Positions 60,213 through 64,000 of a stretch of 64,000 bases of DNA are shown one piece after another; the stretch's first letter is position 1, and each line of letters begins with the position of its first letter. The DNA is from Ostreococcus lucimarinus (lineage: Eukaryota). The stretch is from NCBI GenBank assembly GCA_000092065.1, contig CP000594.1; one strand, 5' to 3'. The notes below the pieces were generated by a model. That model was not told the DNA's origin and made no database searches. It worked only from the letters and a program-made list of their open reading frames with translations. The position numbers and the translations under genes are program-made.

Positions 60213-60962
60213 ATGAGAAACGCGGCGACGGATTTAAACGCGTCGCGGGCGAAGGCGACGACGCAACCGCGACGCGTGCGAACGCGGTTTCGACAAAAGT
60301 ACGACGCCGGGGAGATACCGGCGCGCGTGGCGCACGGAACCGGCGCGAACGCGATCGCGTGGCGCGTCGATCCGAGCGCGCTCGACGCGAGCGCGTACTT
60401 GCCGTTGTTTATCGATGGGTTAAAGGAGACGAAGCATCCGTATCGCTTGCTCGCGGTGCGAGGCGGGATCGAGTTGACGCGCGCGTGCGGCGAACGCGCG
60501 TTGCTCGACGCCTTGCCACGGTCAGTCTTGCCGATGAAAGAAGCGCTCGGAACGGGCGACATGGCCGTGACCGCCGTCGCGCTCGAGCTCTTGCGAGAGT
60601 TCGTCAAGGTATCGCCGTCGATCGGTGAGGCTTTGGTACCGTATTACAGAAATCTGCTCCCGGCGTTGAACGCGTTGAAAGACGTCTCCGACGTCTACGT
60701 CTCTCTCGTCAACTTAACCGACTGTCGCTCCTGGCGCGAGCCTCACCGTCGTTCCCGCGTCACCGACGACGCCTCGGACGTCGCCGACGACGTCGACCGC
60801 TTTCCCTCGCGCGAAATCGTCGGCTGCGGCCGCTCCAAGCGCAACATCGGCTCTCTCGTTCGCGCCACTCTTCGCGCGCTCGAGCGTCGCGGCGGCGCCG
60901 ACGCTCTGGTGAACATCAAGTACCAAATTCCCACGTATCAGAGCTGCGTTCGCTGCGAGTGA
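60213..60962 (+). CDS. PACRG: Parkin co-regulated gene protein (PACRG), axonemal/basal-body protein
   Basis: ATG at 60213. FRQKYDAGEIPARVAHG..IAWRVDPSALDASAYLPLFIDGLKETKHPYRLLA..ALVPYYRNLLPALNALKD..VNIKYQIPTYQSC is collinear with PACRG across the whole conserved core. Confidence 0.85.
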   Translation: MRNAATDLNASRAKATTQPRRVRTRFRQKYDAGEIPARVAHGTGANAIAWRVDPSALDASAYLPLFIDGLKETKHPYRLLAVRGGIELTRACGERALLDALPRSVLPMKEALGTGDMAVTAVALELLREFVKVSPSIGEALVPYYRNLLPALNALKDVSDVYVSLVNLTDCRSWREPHRRSRVTDDASDVADDVDRFPSREIVGCGRSKRNIGSLVRATLRALERRGGADALVNIKYQIPTYQSCVRCE

Positions 60963-61145
60963 GCGTCGACCGGGCGTCGCTCGACGCGCGCGGTCCGCCG
61001 TCGCGCGCTTACAAAATGCAAGACTGTATACAACACGGCCAATCATCCGAACCTTTAAGCCCCCTTTAACGAGAATCGCGACGATATCGACACTTCGCGC
61101 CTCGCGCTTCGCGCCTCACGCGCGCGCGCGCGTCGATCGGTGACG

Positions 61146-62174
61146 ATGCACCTCTCTCGCCCGCTCTTCGCGTCTCACGGCGCGCGCGTCGCTCGACGCG
61201 CTGAAAATCGCGGGAATGCGATCGCCGGACGCGCGCGCCCCGTCAGCACGCCGGCGGCGAACGAAACCGCGCGCGCGCGACGCGCGGCGGTCACGCGCGC
61301 GCTCAGGGACGCGGAGACGAACGCGGGAGTGCGCGATCGACGACCGGGGCTGGTGGTGATCGAAGAAGACGGAAGGATGCGCGAACGCGTGGAGGACGCG
61401 GCGAGGCGGTTGGCGCGGGAGGCGAACGCGGTGGACGAGCACGTGCTGAACGAGGAACTCGCGGAGCGGAGAATCGCGTGTGCGGTGGAGCAGGATGACT
61501 TTGAGTCGGCGCAAAATTTAGTGGAGGAAAGGAAGCGGAAGGAACAGGAGCTGTCGCCGTCGACGGCGTTAGCGGTGGCGCTGGCGAGACGACTGCGGGA
61601 GCCGAACGCGGAGGACACGGAGGTGATTTGCGCAGACGTCGTGCAGTTGGGTGATCGAAGGCTTGTGCCGGCGCTTTTGCGCGCGCTTTGCGTGGTGAGT
61701 GATGAACACGAGAGCGCGGCGCAAGCGATTGAACACGCGCTTTGGATGTTGTGGCAAAAGTCTGGTAATAGTCATTACGACGCGAGGTTATTAGACGGCA
61801 TTCGAGCGATGAGCATCGTGCCCGACGGGTTGCCCATGGCGCGGGATATCTTTTCAGAGATCATGGAAGCGAAGCCTGACTTCGCGGAGGCGCATAATAA
61901 ACGCGCGACGGCGTTGTACTTGATGCAGCTGTACGACTTGAGCATTAAAGATTGCGACAACGTACTCAAGCTCAACCCCCAACACTTTGGCGCGCACTCG
62001 GGGAAAGGGTTGTGCTATCTCGCCTTACATCAATATCAAAATGCCCTCGACAGTTTCGAGGCGGCGTTGAGAATCAACCCGAGGATGGTGCACGTTCGCC
62101 GGTATCGCGAATCACTCAAAACCATGATTGATCGGGTTGAGAGTAAGCGTTTACAAGGCGGCGACTCCCCGTAG
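61146..62174 (+). CDS. Tetratricopeptide-repeat (TPR) protein
   Basis: The track ORF starts with GTG at 61140. The first ATG is at 61146. C-terminal TPR units (DFAEAHNKRATALYLMQLYDLSIKDCDNVLKLNPQHFGAHSGKGLCYLALHQYQNALDSFEAALRINP). Confidence 0.65.
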   Translation: MHLSRPLFASHGARVARRAENRGNAIAGRARPVSTPAANETARARRAAVTRALRDAETNAGVRDRRPGLVVIEEDGRMRERVEDAARRLAREANAVDEHVLNEELAERRIACAVEQDDFESAQNLVEERKRKEQELSPSTALAVALARRLREPNAEDTEVICADVVQLGDRRLVPALLRALCVVSDEHESAAQAIEHALWMLWQKSGNSHYDARLLDGIRAMSIVPDGLPMARDIFSEIMEAKPDFAEAHNKRATALYLMQLYDLSIKDCDNVLKLNPQHFGAHSGKGLCYLALHQYQNALDSFEAALRINPRMVHVRRYRESLKTMIDRVESKRLQGGDSP

Positions 62175-62304
62175 GGTGCGACCGAAATTGATTCTTTCAT
62201 TCCGATATTCTTCTTCCGAGCATGACACGACGATACGACGACACAATAATGTACGATACCCAATTACAATAAACGAGATTTTGTATACGACATATATCTG
62301 TACT

Positions 62305-64000
62305 TTACGAAAATTCGCCGCGAGCTCTGAGCGCGGCGTACACTCGCGCTCGCGCCGCGCGGAGGGGTTCCATCTCCGCCGCAAATCGAGCGCTGTACGC
62401 GCGCTTATCTTCGCTAGATGTCGAATCATCGCGCATGTACTCCGCGCGCGCACTCTGAAGCTCGCTTATCTTTGTCTCGATCGCGTCGTATGCTTCAGAC
62501 GACGCCGTCTCACCGTCGCGCAAGGACAAGTCTACGTACGTCGCCGAGCGTCGGCTCGGATCGTACACTTGTCCAGGAGCCTCGCCCAGGGTCAACGCTT
62601 TATAAATCGGTTTGTCTCCCGCGGAGGCACCGAGATATGTGCCGTGAACGCCAGTCCAACTCGGTGCGACCTCGCTCGTGTTTTCCTTTTCGTCCCACCA
62701 AGTCTTGACGTCTCGCGACGTGTAGACGCCGCCGAGCGAACGGTTCGCCGTTTGATCAACGTCGACTTCATTATGTTCGGTCTGCTCCACTTCGTCGTCC
62801 TCGTCATCATCGCTGTCATCATGTGTACTCCGTGCAACGCGCCAGACGCTCACTCGACCGCCTTCGTCACCGATGACGACCATCCACGGTGACGCGGCGG
62901 TCAGGCGCTCGCCCGATCGAAGCGAGATCGGCGTTGGACTCCACGCCACGTGCGTCACCGCGCCGTCGCCGCTCGCGCGCCAACTGGATGTTGCTTCTAA
63001 TGTATCGCTATCGTGTACGCGCAAAAAACCATCCCGTGTGACGACAGCGACGAGGCCACCCATCGGAGAATGCGCCACTTTGACCACGGCGCCCGAGCGC
63101 ACGACGTCTACGCCTCGCATCGTCGCGATGACGCCTGAATGATCGCTGTTTTCCAAGAGAGGTTTCCCAGCCCCGCTCGGGGACGCTCGAATGGACCACA
63201 CACGCAACACACCGTCATCGCAACCCGTCACGGCGACGTTACGCGAACCAGGATGAGGATGCCAGGAGAAGGACGAGATTCGGCTCGAGTGTGCGTCGTA
63301 CCACTTACACAAGCGTCCGCTCACGGAGCTCCACACGAGAAGTCTGTTCAGAGATCTCGACGCGCCTTTCAACGCGGACATTGCCGTCGACGTGACGACG
63401 AGACGACCGCAGGAGAGGTAGTTCACGTCGATGATGGCGCCTGATTTCCAGCGAAGCGTGTGCAGGCACTCGCCCGCCGTCTCCGTCGCTTCTGCGACGA
63501 GATCCCACACTCGTCCATCGCCATCGAGAGAGCCGCTGGTGAGCTGCGCGCGACCACGCGTTGGATGAAACGCTAAACACGTTATCTCGCGTTTATGCGC
63601 GTTCAGTCCGGCAGGGATGACCAGCTCTAGCGTGGCGTGCGCGACGTCCCAGACGCAAATCGAGCCGTCACTCGCGCCCGCGGCAACGAACTCACCGGTA
63701 CGATCAAAGTCGATCGCGGTCACGTTGACAGACTGAGAGAATCCAACAAGTGCGTTTGTCGACGCCACTGACGCGCTTGGGGCGCCTCGTTCGGTTAAAT
63801 TAAATGTCCAAATACTCACGAAACCGTTCACGCCGGCGACGACGAGCTCGCCGTCGCCTTCTGGCGACCATTTCAACTCACTCACCGCGTGAGGTAACTT
63901 TGTCGAGTACAAGCACTCACCTTGAGGAACGCTAAATAACTTCAAGTTGTTATCCTCACCGATTGTGGCGACGTACGCGTTCGTCGTTTCCGCGCCGCCG
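62305..64000 (-). CDS. WD40-repeat protein, 5-prime end truncated by the window edge
   Basis: The track start at 63945 is a TTG. The frame stays open to position 64000, so the gene continues beyond the window. Multiple WD repeats (..SGSLDGDGRVWDL.., ..TGCDDGVLRVWSI..), an acidic D/E tract and a C-terminal helical region. Confidence 0.7.
   Translation of the reverse strand, partial: GGAETTNAYVATIGEDNNLKLFSVPQGECLYSTKLPHAVSELKWSPEGDGELVVAGVNGFVSIWTFNLTERGAPSASVASTNALVGFSQSVNVTAIDFDRTGEFVAAGASDGSICVWDVAHATLELVIPAGLNAHKREITCLAFHPTRGRAQLTSGSLDGDGRVWDLVAEATETAGECLHTLRWKSGAIIDVNYLSCGRLVVTSTAMSALKGASRSLNRLLVWSSVSGRLCKWYDAHSSRISSFSWHPHPGSRNVAVTGCDDGVLRVWSIRASPSGAGKPLLENSDHSGVIATMRGVDVVRSGAVVKVAHSPMGGLVAVVTRDGFLRVHDSDTLEATSSWRASGDGAVTHVAWSPTPISLRSGERLTAASPWMVVIGDEGGRVSVWRVARSTHDDSDDDEDDEVEQTEHNEVDVDQTANRSLGGVYTSRDVKTWWDEKENTSEVAPSWTGVHGTYLGASAGDKPIYKALTLGEAPGQVYDPSRRSATYVDLSLRDGETASSEAYDAIETKISELQSARAEYMRDDSTSSEDKRAYSARFAAEMEPLRAARARVYAALRARGEFS

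Noticed and set aside
1-64000. Prokaryotic interpretation: operons, and GTG/TTG starts as used by the ORF track
   Set aside because: Gene content is eukaryotic (condensin, MRE11, PACRG, GPI anchor synthesis, AATF) plus plastid-targeted photosynthesis proteins. Spliceosomal introns are present. Track starts at 5745, 9824, 19637, 43429, 52117, 61140 and 63945 are GTG/TTG. They were replaced by the first ATG or by spliced models.
1-64000. tRNA, rRNA or transposable-element features
   Set aside because: No rDNA-like or transposon-like ORFs (reverse transcriptase, integrase, transposase) were seen. Cloverleaf tRNAs cannot be reliably excluded by eye in 64 kb, but none was noticed.

Overview
This 64-kb window looks like nuclear DNA from a very GC-rich (about 65-70 percent), extremely gene-dense photosynthetic picoeukaryote. 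It is not prokaryotic and not organellar.

I count about 37 protein-coding genes, roughly one per 1.7 kb, on both strands. Head-to-head pairs have start codons only 60-450 bp apart. Convergent pairs have stop codons 44-130 bp apart. Most genes are single-exon.

Seven short introns are inferred, of 67-329 nt. All share a donor GTRCGY, a branch motif ACTGAC lying 23-39 nt upstream of the acceptor, and a YAG acceptor. They split MRE11, psaD (two introns) and the condensin CAP-G gene, and probably also the TBCCD1-like, FNR-like and ABCF genes.

Genes recognised directly from the translations:
- Photosynthesis and plastid: nuclear psaD with a transit peptide; the Mg-protoporphyrin monomethylester cyclase CHL27; a plastid-type phosphoglucomutase; a HAD-IIA phosphoglycolate phosphatase.
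- Flagellum, basal body and microtubules: PACRG; a TBCC-domain TBCCD1-like protein; MOZART1; several long coiled-coil proteins.
- Genome maintenance: MRE11; condensin CAP-G; a RuvC/YqgF-like nuclease.
- Other: an ABCF ATPase; GPI ethanolamine-phosphate transferase; a PPIL3-type cyclophilin; ATP12; AATF; patatin; MOSC; LITAF; a SET-domain protein; a SAM methyltransferase; mTERF; ANKRD13-like; TPR; WD40.
- One giant intronless 10.4-kb ORF: a 3454-aa IPT/TIG surface protein with a multi-pass C-terminus.

This content plus the intron signature fits a flagellated mamiellophyte (prasinophyte) green alga such as Micromonas.

Non-coding structure worth a second look:
- Direct-repeat and inverted-repeat arrays inside three bidirectional promoters.
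- A (GAATAGC)n microsatellite that carries a gene's stop codon in all three frames.
- (CG)n tracts.

No rRNA, CRISPR or obvious transposon was seen. tRNAs were not searched systematically. The supplied ORF track uses GTG and TTG as starts, so all start codons were re-checked for ATG.
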